The notes beneath the pieces are model-generated. The model was not told where the DNA came from. It was given only the letters and a program-made list of their open reading frames with translations, and searched no databases. Of a DNA stretch of 40,000 bases, positions 15,198 to 25,113 are shown piece by piece. The DNA comes from Bacillus sp. CGMCC 1.16541 (lineage in GTDB: Bacteria > Bacillota > Bacilli > Bacillales > Bacillaceae_H). Positions within the stretch are counted from its first letter, which is position 1. Every line of letters starts with the position of its first letter. The position numbers were made by a program, and so were the translations under genes. Where the stretch lies: the NCBI RefSeq assembly GCF_003184905.1, contig NZ_QFRU01000009.1, forward strand, positions 32,150 through 72,149, read 5' to 3'.

Positions 15198-15532
15198 TGA
15201 ATTTGTTGACCGTCGAGGAAGCTCAATCCCTTTTTCCGAAATTGAAAAAAGTTGAATTGGAAGAATTAGAGGCAGCGATCACTCGTGCCTCTATTTTTAT
15301 TCAATCACAAACAGAACTCCCTTTCCCTATTCCAGAAGACGTCAAGCTTGCGGTTGCTACGATGGTAACTCTTGAAAAAGATGGACCAGCGGTAAAAGAA
15401 ATATCAAGAAGCGATTATCGTGAAGTGTACGATACCTCGAATCGTCAATGGATGATCGTGGAGCTTGTACTTTCGAAATATCAACCGAAGCCTAAAGCGG
15501 ACGAGGAAAAGAACGGAGTTTATTTTCTGTGA
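15194..15532 (+). CDS. head-tail connector (gp6-like) protein
   Basis: The N-terminus LLTVEEAQSLF...ELEAAITRASIFIQ is typical of gp6-like adaptors. Confidence 0.6.
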   Translation: MMNLLTVEEAQSLFPKLKKVELEELEAAITRASIFIQSQTELPFPIPEDVKLAVATMVTLEKDGPAVKEISRSDYREVYDTSNRQWMIVELVLSKYQPKPKADEEKNGVYFL

Positions 15533-15879
15533 GTCATTATGAAAAAACCCTATTCTACCGCATGAAAATCTTGAGACGTCAAAAAAGCAACGCTAAGTAC
15601 GATGCGAAATATACCGTATCAACAGTCGCTGAAAGTATCCCTTGCGGCTTAGCTCAAAGCGGAACACCTTTATTAACTGAGGACAATGGACGTCACGAAA
15701 TAAAAACGCGCTTCTTGGTGCACACACTTTACGCTGACGTCAGGAAAGGCGATGAGTTAGAAATAACCGCTGATGATGTGATTATTGGTACTTTCATAGT
15801 GACTAAGCCTTATCCAGTAATGGATCGGCAAGGAGTTCACCATTACGAGATTCTTGTTGAAGAAAAGAGTGATTCCTAA
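15529..15879 (+). CDS. head closure / head-tail adaptor protein
   Basis: Size, position and overlapping start. Confidence 0.5.
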   Translation: MSHYEKTLFYRMKILRRQKSNAKYDAKYTVSTVAESIPCGLAQSGTPLLTEDNGRHEIKTRFLVHTLYADVRKGDELEITADDVIIGTFIVTKPYPVMDRQGVHHYEILVEEKSDS

Positions 15880-16334
15880 TGGAAGACGGTTTCCGTATCA
15901 CTGGTTTAGATGAGTTGACGAGGCGATTAATTGATATTGTCACTCGTGACTATCCATTGCATGCTCGGGCTTGGGCTGAGGCGCTAGCAATGAGGTATAT
16001 GGAACTTGTTGCTGAGTTAGCTCCAGTAGATACAGCCAGATTAAAAAATTCTATTTTATCAGCTGCCGCTGCATCTCCGAATAGCGACGCTGTATTCGAG
16101 ACGTCAGCTAGTGGCGGTGACGTCAGCGTGATTGTCGGTACAAACGTGGAATATGCCGAGCATGTGGAATACGGCCACGCCACGAGAGGAAATGCTGGAA
16201 TCGGAGAAGAAGCTGGGAAAGAAGCTGGCGTTTGGGTTGACGGCTTTCATTTTTTCGCTGATGCTTGGGACACTTTCGAACCAGAAGCAAAACAGTGGCT
16301 TCAAGATCGGATTGAGGAGTTGTTTGCAATTTGA
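15879..16334 (+). CDS. HK97 gp10-family tail-completion protein
   Basis: Contains LAPVDTARLKNSI...VGTNVEYAEHVEYGH. Confidence 0.65.
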   Translation: MEDGFRITGLDELTRRLIDIVTRDYPLHARAWAEALAMRYMELVAELAPVDTARLKNSILSAAAASPNSDAVFETSASGGDVSVIVGTNVEYAEHVEYGHATRGNAGIGEEAGKEAGVWVDGFHFFADAWDTFEPEAKQWLQDRIEELFAI

Positions 16335-16732
16335 TTTCTAATCGTGTTCAAAATGGTGCTTTAAAATTCTTCCAGGACAGCACGGATATTCCTGGGTACA
16401 CAACGACACAAAGACAAGAAGCGGAACGCCCCTATTTCTATTTCGAGTTGCCGAGGGGTCAATCTGAAAAAATCGCCAGTAATTTATATCGTCACAGCAT
16501 CACGCTTCACGGCGTTTTCTTTGCGTCTGATGAGGAACAAATGAAAAAAGTCCTCCCTTCTATCGAACTAAGATTGATGGAGAGGGATTTTTCCATACAG
16601 TGTTGTGACGAAGAATTCATGCTAACAAACGAGGTTTATGAGGATATTCAATTCAATTACAGAAAATCAGAAGAATTGATCGCAACCTTTACATTGAGGG
16701 GCGAATGCATATCTTCTTTTTTCGTTAGTTGA
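16331..16732 (+). CDS. tail-associated protein (neck/terminator position)
   Basis: Position only. Confidence 0.4.
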   Translation: MISNRVQNGALKFFQDSTDIPGYTTTQRQEAERPYFYFELPRGQSEKIASNLYRHSITLHGVFFASDEEQMKKVLPSIELRLMERDFSIQCCDEEFMLTNEVYEDIQFNYRKSEELIATFTLRGECISSFFVS

Positions 16733-16754
16733 GTAAACAAAAGGAGTTGAGCTT

Positions 16755-16958
16755 ATGTCAGAAAAACAAACTGCTGCACCAACTAAGCGAAAATCCGCCG
16801 CTGTTGTTTTTACTGCAAGTGAATTGATTTCATCTGCTCGAAACAGTCTTGGAGTTTCTCCTGTCGTTGCAGCTGGAGCTCTTCATGACGTCAATGAAAT
16901 TTCAATCGAAGATGCAAAAAAGAAGGTTGCGGCCTTCTTGAAAAAAGAGGTGAAGTAA
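16755..16958 (+). CDS. hypothetical small protein
   Basis: RBS aaaggag; 67 aa. Confidence 0.45.
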   Translation: MSEKQTAAPTKRKSAAVVFTASELISSARNSLGVSPVVAAGALHDVNEISIEDAKKKVAAFLKKEVK

Positions 16959-16959
16959 G

Positions 16960-18351
16960 TTGAAGCCATTTGTAGAGGGTCGTCATGAGTCATTGGCTGG
17001 AATCTATGCGTTTTTTGAGATGGTGACACAAAATGCGGTTACTGAAGCGGCGCGCGGAGTCTTGGCTATGCCGATAAAAGCTCATTGGGGGCCAATAAAT
17101 GAGTTTATTGAATTGCGGAGCTATCCTGACGCTAAACAATATTTTGGGACGGGGCTTACAGCTGGATTACTTCAGTTAGCGTTCTGGGGAAGCCCGCTGG
17201 CTGTTAAGGTCTATCGTATAGCAACTCAGGAAGCGAAAGTCGCGCAATTAGACCTGACGTCTATTGTCATCAAGGCGCTTTATCCAGGAGATCGAGGAAA
17301 TGACTTTAAAATCACAATACGTCCTTACTTGGATGATCCGACGAAAACGGAGTTGCTTGTTGTTGAAGGAGCAACTATTCTTCAATCAATTCCATTCGCA
17401 ACAATTGATGAACTTGTTGAAAAAGCTTCAGACGGCTATTACATCCGAGTTGAAAAAGTCTCAGACGTTATTCCTGAAGCAATTTCATCCCGCGCATTAT
17501 CAGGTGGTAATTCAGGAGCTACCGTGACCGCTGAAGATTACAGTGCTTTCTTTAAAGCTGCGGAAGCTGAAAGCTTTAACCGAATCGCCTTGGATGGCGT
17601 GAAGGATGCAGGAATAAAGCAAATGCTGATTCAATTCGTCAAGGATCAACGAGCGCTTGGTAAGTTAATTCGCGGAACGGTCGGTGGCATGACCGCAACC
17701 GCAATCGACTATTACCCTATCGAAAATGTATATCAAAAAGCATTTAAAGATGGAATTGAATATAGTCCTGAAGATGTTGCAATTTATGCTTCTGCTTCTC
17801 TTGGGTCATGCCCGCTGAATCGTTCAAGAGCTCTGCAAATAACGCCGTTCGATGAGATTCAAAAACTATCAAACGTCGATATGCAAAGACTTGTTGACGA
17901 GGGCAACTTATTATTTACGCAAGAAGGCCGAACAGTACGCTTTTCCACTCCTGTCAATACCATGACAACGATTAAAAATTTTGATGAATGGTACAAGATG
18001 GGCGATGGTGCTGACGAAGTAGCTGTTATTAAGACTCTCCAGAAGTCTAAAATCGTCGAAGCAAATGACTATATCGCTGAGGTCCAAGATACATTCTTTA
18101 AACGCTTTGCGAGCTATGCGAACACGATTGCTCGCCGTCGAGCTGCTGCACAATTGTTTAAAGATGAGGTCCTGATAGTGATGGAAAATGATGAAGTGAT
18201 TGAGGCTGGCACATCAGAGTGCATTCCACGCGCTGAATATCACGGAGAAAATCCTACCAAGAACGCTTATAAAGACGAGGCGTTCTTTGATTCAAATTAT
18301 CAAATTGTTGATGCGATGGAGAAAATTTATCTCCGCAACCGCGTTGCATAA
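16960..18351 (+). CDS. contractile tail sheath protein (XkdK-like)
   Basis: 463 aa, directly upstream of the tube gene, with PBSX-like order. TTG start after gaggtgaag. Confidence 0.75.
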   Translation: MKPFVEGRHESLAGIYAFFEMVTQNAVTEAARGVLAMPIKAHWGPINEFIELRSYPDAKQYFGTGLTAGLLQLAFWGSPLAVKVYRIATQEAKVAQLDLTSIVIKALYPGDRGNDFKITIRPYLDDPTKTELLVVEGATILQSIPFATIDELVEKASDGYYIRVEKVSDVIPEAISSRALSGGNSGATVTAEDYSAFFKAAEAESFNRIALDGVKDAGIKQMLIQFVKDQRALGKLIRGTVGGMTATAIDYYPIENVYQKAFKDGIEYSPEDVAIYASASLGSCPLNRSRALQITPFDEIQKLSNVDMQRLVDEGNLLFTQEGRTVRFSTPVNTMTTIKNFDEWYKMGDGADEVAVIKTLQKSKIVEANDYIAEVQDTFFKRFASYANTIARRRAAAQLFKDEVLIVMENDEVIEAGTSECIPRAEYHGENPTKNAYKDEAFFDSNYQIVDAMEKIYLRNRVA

Positions 18352-18364
18352 GGAGGTGTGAGCC

Positions 18365-18805
18365 TTGGGTGCTTACGATAAAGATTTACCATTCTTAAAC
18401 GTTAGAAAAATTGCTCGGGGTAAATATGGTCGAGTGTTTGATGAGCTAGGAACCTTCATGGATAACGTGTCAGAATTTGAAGCGAAAATCAAGTTCGACA
18501 AGAAAAAAGTTGAAAGAGCAAATGCGTTCATGGATGGCAACCGCGTTACTGGCGGCAGTGGTGCTGGTAAGATGAAAATTCATTTTACCAATGCAGAATT
18601 CATCAAGAAGGTTTCGCAAAATCCTGATGCTTATTATACGTTTATCGGAGAACTAGAAGATCCTGATCCAGAAACAACAGCAGCTAATTATCAAGTCGTT
18701 ATTAAGGGCGTCAACTTCGATGAGATTCCTATTCACGCTTTCAAGGTTAAGGATACTATCGAAATTGATGTACCGTTTACTTTCGAGGATTGGGAATTCC
18801 TATAA
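18365..18805 (+). CDS. tail tube protein (XkdM-like)
   Basis: 146 aa following the sheath gene; RBS aggaggtg. Confidence 0.7.
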   Translation: MGAYDKDLPFLNVRKIARGKYGRVFDELGTFMDNVSEFEAKIKFDKKKVERANAFMDGNRVTGGSGAGKMKIHFTNAEFIKKVSQNPDAYYTFIGELEDPDPETTAANYQVVIKGVNFDEIPIHAFKVKDTIEIDVPFTFEDWEFL

Positions 18806-18858
18806 TTCTCATTCCTCTTCTCTTTTCCTAATCCTATAAAAATTCGGAGGTAATTGAC

Positions 18859-19323
18859 ATGAAAGAACAAAATGAAAAAGAAACATTGAAACCATCCTTT
18901 GCGTCACTTGATGACCTTTTATCAGTTAATCCAGACGATGCGAAATATTCGGAAGAAAACGTTGAGCTTGTTAACGGAAAAGTAATTAAACTTCCGATAA
19001 AATCCATTACAGCCGACAAAGAAGCTGAAATTCGTAGGGCTGCAACAAAGTACGTTACCACTCCAAAAGGGCGATTCCCTCAACTTGATGACTTGCGATA
19101 TAACGCATTAATCATTGAGGCGGGAACGGACTCAAATCGCACAGATATTAACTGGAAGGACCCTAACCTTGCGAAAAAGTTAGGAGTGCCAGTTCCGAAT
19201 CCTGAATTTACCATTCCGAAGCTCTTATCACTAGGAGGTCTTTCGAAAGCCTCTTTAGCAATCATCGAACTGTCAGGATTAGATTCGAGTTTCGAGGACA
19301 AGGTTGAAGCAGTAAAAAACTAA
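18859..19323 (+). CDS. tail assembly chaperone (XkdN-like), short form
   Basis: Lies between the tube and tape-measure genes and ends in the slippery site. Confidence 0.7.
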   Translation: MKEQNEKETLKPSFASLDDLLSVNPDDAKYSEENVELVNGKVIKLPIKSITADKEAEIRRAATKYVTTPKGRFPQLDDLRYNALIIEAGTDSNRTDINWKDPNLAKKLGVPVPNPEFTIPKLLSLGGLSKASLAIIELSGLDSSFEDKVEAVKN

Positions 19324-19487
19324 TATTGAGCGACCCAGAAACTTATACAGCTCATGTTTTGTTCCAGGAGAAAAACATTGATCCTGAAGATTACATGAAC
19401 GCCCCTTTAAGAAAGAAGCTTTTCTGGGCCGCTAGTATGCAAGTGAGACAAATGGAACAAGAAGAAGCACAAGGAGAATCCGATTGA
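18859..19487 (+). CDS. tail assembly chaperone, -1 frameshift-extended form
   Basis: The heptamer A_AAA_AAC at 19314-19320 sits in the correct phase. The -1 frame is open to TGA at 19485-19487 (…KKLILSDPETYTAHVLFQEK…). Confidence 0.6.
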
Positions 19488-19544
19488 TAATCTGGATTCT
19501 CTTTGCTTTTGTACATATCCAATTATTTGAAGAGAGGTGAGGAG

Positions 19545-22500
19545 TTGACGAACTATGTTTTAGGAGCTGACATATCACTAGGTGATCGCTTGACCCAACC
19601 TATGCAACGTGTCATCGATGTTCTGAATCGGACAACAACAGCAGCGGACCGTTTGAATGCTGCTCTTCGGGGAGCGAATCCAGCAGCTCAATCGGCTGGT
19701 CAAGGTGGAGCTAGTCAACTTAACCAACTTTCGAACGCATCTAATAATGCAGCCAACAGTGCAAATAATCTTCAGCAACAAACACACCAGGCGAATGAAG
19801 AATTGAGACGACAACAGCGAGAAGCGCAGCAGGCGGCTCAGCGATTGCAGGACTTGCGGCAAACATATGGCGGTGTGAGCGGCACAATGGCTCAATCGCT
19901 TGATCGCATAAATCAAGCATCGACTGGACTTCAAACATCAGGACTTGCAATTACAGCAGCTGGGGGCGCAATTGCTTTCGGACTCGGTTCAGCTGTTAAC
20001 AAAGCGGCTGAATTTGAAGCGCAATTAAGTAGCATTAAAGCTGTCAGTGGAGCTACTGAATCGCAAATGACACAACTGTCTGCTCTTGCAATTGAGATGG
20101 GAGCCAAAACGAAATTCAGTGCAACGGAGGCTGCCAGAGGTATTGAAGAGCTGGTTAAAGCTGGTGTGTCGATGACAGATGTTGTAAACGGTGGTCTTGA
20201 AGGTGCATTGAGTTTGGCGGTTGCTGGTGAACTTGAACTTGCAGATGCTGCGGAAATAGCTTCGACAGCTCTGAACGCCTTCAAAGCTGATGCCCTTTCA
20301 GTCCCGCAAGCAGCGAACATATTAGCAGGTGCAGCTAATGCCTCCGCAACATCGGTCGGAGAGTTGAAATTCGGACTCGCCGCTGTAGCATCAGTTGCAT
20401 CTGGTGTAGGATTGTCTTTTAATGACACTACTACCGCGCTTGCTGCATTTGCTCAAAATGGTCTGAAAGGTAGCGATGCAGGAACATCCTTAAAAACCAT
20501 GCTCATGAATTTATCGCCTAGTACAAAAGGCGCAGCTGAAACCATGATGGAATTAGGTATCATGGCGAAAGATGGCACGAATAAATTCTTTGATGCTCAG
20601 GGTCGCATCAAGTCGATGGCTGAAATAGCTGAAGTGTTAAGGACTTCACTGGAGAAGCTGAACCCACGAGATCGCGGAGATGCTTTGAAAGAAATGTTCG
20701 GTACGGATGCGATTCGTGCTGGTAACATTCTCTTCAAAGAAGGTGCAGCAGGAATTGAGGCTATGAGTGCGGCGATGAGCAAAGTAACGGCTACTGAGGT
20801 AGCTGAAGAAAAGCTTAATAACTTTAGGGGAGCCGTCGAACAGTTAAAGGGTGCGTTCGAAACGGCGCAAACATCGATAGGAACATTGTTCCTTCCTTCG
20901 CTCACGAGGTTAGCAAATGGCGTCGGCCGAATTGTTGATGCATTCAATTCCCTTCCTGCTCCAGTACAAAAAACCATGACAGTGATTGTGGTCGCCGCCG
21001 CAGCCTTATTATTGTTTATTGGTCCCGCAATGATACTACTTGGATTCATCCCAAGTATAGTAAGTGGATTCACCTTAATTGCTGGAGCTGTCGGAATGAC
21101 GGCAGGTGCATTTCTCGGTGTGATCGGCACGGTGCTCGGAGTTATAGCGGCTATAGCAGGAATTGCAGTTGTGCTAACCCTCCTCTATTCAAGGTCTGAA
21201 ACATTTAGGAATATTGTCCACGGTGTATTCACAGCTGTGAAAAACGTGGTCATGCAAGTCGTTGAAACAATCAAGCAGTTTGCTCTCGGTCTGTTTAAAC
21301 AGATACAAGCATGGTGGCAGCGAGACGGAGAAATGATTAAACAAGCCGTAATGAATATCGTAAATGCTATCATCGGCGCATGGAAAGCGATACAGCCAGC
21401 TGTTTCGGTTGTCATGAATGTTTTAAGGTTTATCCTTGTTGGTGTTTGGAATAACATCAAATCTGTTATTCAAAGTGGCGTTGGCATCATTATGAATGTG
21501 ATTTCAATTTTTGGTGCCCTCTTTGCTGGAAACTGGTCTAAATTGTGGAGTGAAGTGAAGTCATTGCTTTCGAATGCTTTAACGTTTGCTTGGAACCTTA
21601 TTCAGTTAACATTCTTAGGCAGAATTTTAGGGCCTATTCGGGCGGGCATGGGATTCATTCGGGCGATTATATCAGCAGCCTGGAATTTTGTTCGAGGTAT
21701 TTTTACTGGCTCGATTAATACAGTCGTTACAATCGTGAGAACTAGATTCACCATGATTCAGTCGCTAATAAATTTAGTTATGTCAGCCGTTCGAACCGTA
21801 ATCACGACAGCTATGAATGTAATTCGTGGTGTCTTCAGCACAGTGCTAAATGTTATTCGAGGCAATTTCTCGGCTGCTTTCAACGCATTGCGTTCGATTG
21901 CAACATCTGTTTTTAACGGAATTCGCAGTATCATTCAAACTGTTTTAAATGCTGTTTTAACGGTTGTTCGAACTCGTTTAAATGATGTTCGAACGTTCTT
22001 TACAAATACTTTCAATACAATTTTAAGCACACTTTCATCCCTGCCAGGACGATTCATGCAATTTGGTAGAAGTCTGATTCAAGGTTTATGGAGTGGTATT
22101 CAAGGGGCTGCTGTTGGTTTAGCTGATAAAGTAGCAGGATTAATTGACAAAGTCGTTCCAGGACCAGTCAAAAAACTGTTAGGAATCAACTCTCCGTCAA
22201 AACTTTTCCATCAATTCGGTATGTGGACAATGGAAGGTATGTCTGGAGGGATTAATTCAGGAGCCGATCAAGTCGAGACGTCAGCAACGAATGCTGCTCA
22301 AAGATTGGCTAACACTTCCTTTGTTGCATATACAAAGGTTAAGTCAGATGCAGAGGAACTTGTTCCGAACGCATTGCAAACATCGGCTAGCAAGCCGAAT
22401 GTACTTCCTGCTTTCGGTGGAAACAAGGGTTCGAAGGTTTCGAATATTAATTCGCAAGGTCCATCTATTAAGAATGAAGTCAACCTTCATGTCACTACTG

Positions 22501-22637
22501 AAGCACTAAGAGATATGGCTGAAGACGAATCGATTATGGACAAAACAATCGATCACTTAATGGAAAAGCTTGCAGATCGTTTGGATGAAGTAGCGATAAA
22601 CTATTCAAAAGTAAATTTAGGGGTGATGGCTGAATGA
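19545..22637 (+). CDS. tail tape measure protein
   Basis: About 1030 aa, TTG start after gaggtgaggag. Ala/Gly-rich helical protein with a central hydrophobic block. Confidence 0.85.
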   Translation: MTNYVLGADISLGDRLTQPMQRVIDVLNRTTTAADRLNAALRGANPAAQSAGQGGASQLNQLSNASNNAANSANNLQQQTHQANEELRRQQREAQQAAQRLQDLRQTYGGVSGTMAQSLDRINQASTGLQTSGLAITAAGGAIAFGLGSAVNKAAEFEAQLSSIKAVSGATESQMTQLSALAIEMGAKTKFSATEAARGIEELVKAGVSMTDVVNGGLEGALSLAVAGELELADAAEIASTALNAFKADALSVPQAANILAGAANASATSVGELKFGLAAVASVASGVGLSFNDTTTALAAFAQNGLKGSDAGTSLKTMLMNLSPSTKGAAETMMELGIMAKDGTNKFFDAQGRIKSMAEIAEVLRTSLEKLNPRDRGDALKEMFGTDAIRAGNILFKEGAAGIEAMSAAMSKVTATEVAEEKLNNFRGAVEQLKGAFETAQTSIGTLFLPSLTRLANGVGRIVDAFNSLPAPVQKTMTVIVVAAAALLLFIGPAMILLGFIPSIVSGFTLIAGAVGMTAGAFLGVIGTVLGVIAAIAGIAVVLTLLYSRSETFRNIVHGVFTAVKNVVMQVVETIKQFALGLFKQIQAWWQRDGEMIKQAVMNIVNAIIGAWKAIQPAVSVVMNVLRFILVGVWNNIKSVIQSGVGIIMNVISIFGALFAGNWSKLWSEVKSLLSNALTFAWNLIQLTFLGRILGPIRAGMGFIRAIISAAWNFVRGIFTGSINTVVTIVRTRFTMIQSLINLVMSAVRTVITTAMNVIRGVFSTVLNVIRGNFSAAFNALRSIATSVFNGIRSIIQTVLNAVLTVVRTRLNDVRTFFTNTFNTILSTLSSLPGRFMQFGRSLIQGLWSGIQGAAVGLADKVAGLIDKVVPGPVKKLLGINSPSKLFHQFGMWTMEGMSGGINSGADQVETSATNAAQRLANTSFVAYTKVKSDAEELVPNALQTSASKPNVLPAFGGNKGSKVSNINSQGPSIKNEVNLHVTTEALRDMAEDESIMDKTIDHLMEKLADRLDEVAINYSKVNLGVMAE

Positions 22638-23266
22638 TTTCTATCAAGCACAAAGGCGGCGTTTTTATATTCCCTGTCTCCCCTGGCACAGCTGGATATA
22701 CTGGTGGTGGTGGGAAATACGAGGATGTAAGTGTTTTGAGGATCGGAACCGTCCCATTTTTCAATGGAACAGAACTAAAAGAATTTTCATGGACATCCTT
22801 TTTCCCAGCATCACCTTCATACTTCACTGAAGAAAAAGCAAAATTCGACCCCTTAGCATCAAAAAAGCTCATGGAAAAATTAAGAGATAAAGGTGAAGTT
22901 GTCTTATTAATGATTCCTGACATTGATATTTCCATGAAAGTTCAGGTTCGATCTTTTGAGCCTAATCAAGTAAAACCTGGAGATATTGATTATTCTATAA
23001 AGCTTACGGAATATAGAGAAATTAAACTCAAGGAAACGAAGGTATCTGGGTCATCAAAGCCAAAGAAAGGGATAAGCAATCCTGGTCGTTCCCCTGCTCC
23101 CAAAAAAACACAGCCTAAAACTTATACGATTAAAAAGGGTGACACTCTTTCTCATATTGCGAAACGGCTTGGGTTAAGCTCTTGGAAGCCGCTTTATGAC
23201 AAAAATAAAAAAGTCATTGGCTCTAATCCTAATTTGATTAAACCGGGGCAGGTGTTGAAGGTATGA
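22634..23266 (+). CDS. LysM-domain tail protein (XkdP-like)
   Basis: C-terminal LysM: YTIKKGDTLSHIAKRLGL...NLIKPGQVLKV. Confidence 0.75.
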   Translation: MISIKHKGGVFIFPVSPGTAGYTGGGGKYEDVSVLRIGTVPFFNGTELKEFSWTSFFPASPSYFTEEKAKFDPLASKKLMEKLRDKGEVVLLMIPDIDISMKVQVRSFEPNQVKPGDIDYSIKLTEYREIKLKETKVSGSSKPKKGISNPGRSPAPKKTQPKTYTIKKGDTLSHIAKRLGLSSWKPLYDKNKKVIGSNPNLIKPGQVLKV

Positions 23267-24255
23267 TCCGCGTGTTATCTGGAAGTGTTGATATAACAGA
23301 AGCGGTGAAGCCTCCGATACAGCTGGAAGACGATTTTAAAACTGGTGCTGTAAAATGTTCAATCGGCTTAAAAAAAGCAACTGGATTGAAATTGAAAGCG
23401 GGAGCTCCTGTCATTGTGGAAGTTGAAGGAGATGTTTGGTTCGAGGGTATCGTTTTTGATTTTAAAAGGAACCAAAACAAAGATATTTCCGTTATCTCTT
23501 TTGACCCGATGATTTATTTTGTAAATTCGAATGATGATTTTGAGTGGAGAAAGAAAACCGCGAAACAAATTATTTCAGAATTGTGCTCAAGGTATGGCGT
23601 TAAAGTGAAGGAAATCGCTAATACTCCCCATGTTTTCGACAAGGTATGGTTTAGGTCACAAGACACCGAGAGTGTTTTTGCGGTTATAGTAACAGTCCTC
23701 TGGGAAACTAAAAAGAGGACTAATAAAAAATATTGGCTTAGGTACGAAAGAGGTCTAAGGTGTTTTGAGAAGAAACCTCCTTCAAAAATCATAGTTCTTG
23801 GCCAAGGTCTTGAATCGAGCGAATATAGCGAATCGATAACTGACATGAAAAATCAAGTGAAGATTGTCAACTGTGAAAAGCAGATAACTGTAGTAAAAAA
23901 GGATTCAAAAGCGATTGCTGAATACGGTCTTTTAACTACTGTTGAAGAATTTAATGCAAAGACAAAGGCTGAAGCGGAAGCTTATGCTAGTAAGAAATTA
24001 GCTGAAACGTCAAAAGTCGCTAAAAAAATGAGTATGGCTCATATTCATAGCACGAAAGAAAAGCGTTTTTGGAGCGGTGATTATCTGTATGTAGCAGACC
24101 CTAGCGAAAATATTGTCGGGGGTTATTATATTCAAAACATCGGATATGAAATCCACGAAAACTTTGTCAAGTTGAGCGGAGAGTTAGCGTTGACCGCGGA
24201 GCTCCCTGCTCTTGAGTATAAAGGTGATGATAAGGATGGCAAAAAGAGCAGCTGA
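23263..24255 (+). CDS. tail/baseplate hub protein (XkdQ-like)
   Basis: 330 aa, with PBSX-like order after the LysM protein. Confidence 0.6.
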   Translation: MIRVLSGSVDITEAVKPPIQLEDDFKTGAVKCSIGLKKATGLKLKAGAPVIVEVEGDVWFEGIVFDFKRNQNKDISVISFDPMIYFVNSNDDFEWRKKTAKQIISELCSRYGVKVKEIANTPHVFDKVWFRSQDTESVFAVIVTVLWETKKRTNKKYWLRYERGLRCFEKKPPSKIIVLGQGLESSEYSESITDMKNQVKIVNCEKQITVVKKDSKAIAEYGLLTTVEEFNAKTKAEAEAYASKKLAETSKVAKKMSMAHIHSTKEKRFWSGDYLYVADPSENIVGGYYIQNIGYEIHENFVKLSGELALTAELPALEYKGDDKDGKKSS

Positions 24256-24673
24256 ACGTATTTATGAACATATGAATGGCGGTCCCGTTGATCAAGGGAT
24301 TTCAACGGCAACAGTAATAACTGATTCTCCGTCGGTTACGATTCAATTAGCTGGTGATACTATCGCATTGCCACTTGACTATTTTGTTTATCCAGAGGGA
24401 CTTAAATTCAGGAAAGATGAAGTATTCCTCGCTAATCGCATTCGTGGTGCTACGAGTGGAGATAGCCAGTACGCTTTGCGGCCTTTAAATGAAGGAGTAA
24501 TGCTCGGCATTTATGCGGGTTCGACATTCGACATTTTTAACACAACAATAAAATTGCCGAAAAAAGACGTTTTTAGTCCGTATCCATTGGTCCCTAACAT
24601 TACGAATGTAATGATAATGCCCAATCGCTTTCCTACTCCAAAAGAAATATGGGTGGTGATCAATATATGGTAG
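24236..24673 (+). CDS. baseplate-associated protein (XkdR-like)
   Basis: ATG after aaggtgatgataagg; position. Confidence 0.5.
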   Translation: MAKRAAERIYEHMNGGPVDQGISTATVITDSPSVTIQLAGDTIALPLDYFVYPEGLKFRKDEVFLANRIRGATSGDSQYALRPLNEGVMLGIYAGSTFDIFNTTIKLPKKDVFSPYPLVPNITNVMIMPNRFPTPKEIWVVINIW

Positions 24674-25113
24674 AAAGGTTGTTGCCAGAAGTAGACTTCG
24701 ATAGTCTTCTGGAAGAAAGTAACTCCGAACCAGAATTCGGAAACAAAACACCTCTATTCGATTTCGAAAAGAGAGAGTTTGTGACGGATGAGCGTGGGCG
24801 GGTTGTGACAGATGACGGATTAAAAGGTATGGAAACCATCATTGCGAAAGCGCACCTAACGGCTAGGGACGTTTATGTCATGTACTCGGATTCTTATGGA
24901 AGCGAGGAAAAGGATGTACTTGCTGCTGATTATCCTGACAAAATTAGAAGGATGCTAGTTAAAGAGGCTATTAGAGATTGTTTAATATGGGATGATAGAG
25001 TGATAGAGGTCTCCCCTATTGAGCTTACTAATGTTAAAGATGGCTATATTGCTAGATATACTGTGGCGACAATTTTTGGAGATTTAGAGATTGAAAGAGA
25101 GGTGACACAATGA
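24667..25113 (+). CDS. baseplate protein (XkdS-like)
   Basis: ATG after gggtggtga; position. Confidence 0.5.
   Translation: MVERLLPEVDFDSLLEESNSEPEFGNKTPLFDFEKREFVTDERGRVVTDDGLKGMETIIAKAHLTARDVYVMYSDSYGSEEKDVLAADYPDKIRRMLVKEAIRDCLIWDDRVIEVSPIELTNVKDGYIARYTVATIFGDLEIEREVTQ

Noticed and set aside
19578-21460. Several long minus-strand ORFs (e.g. 19931-20428, 20597-21130) inside the tape-measure gene
   Set aside because: These are antisense shadows of an Ala/Gly-rich gene, with no RBSs and entirely nested in a well-supported + strand CDS.
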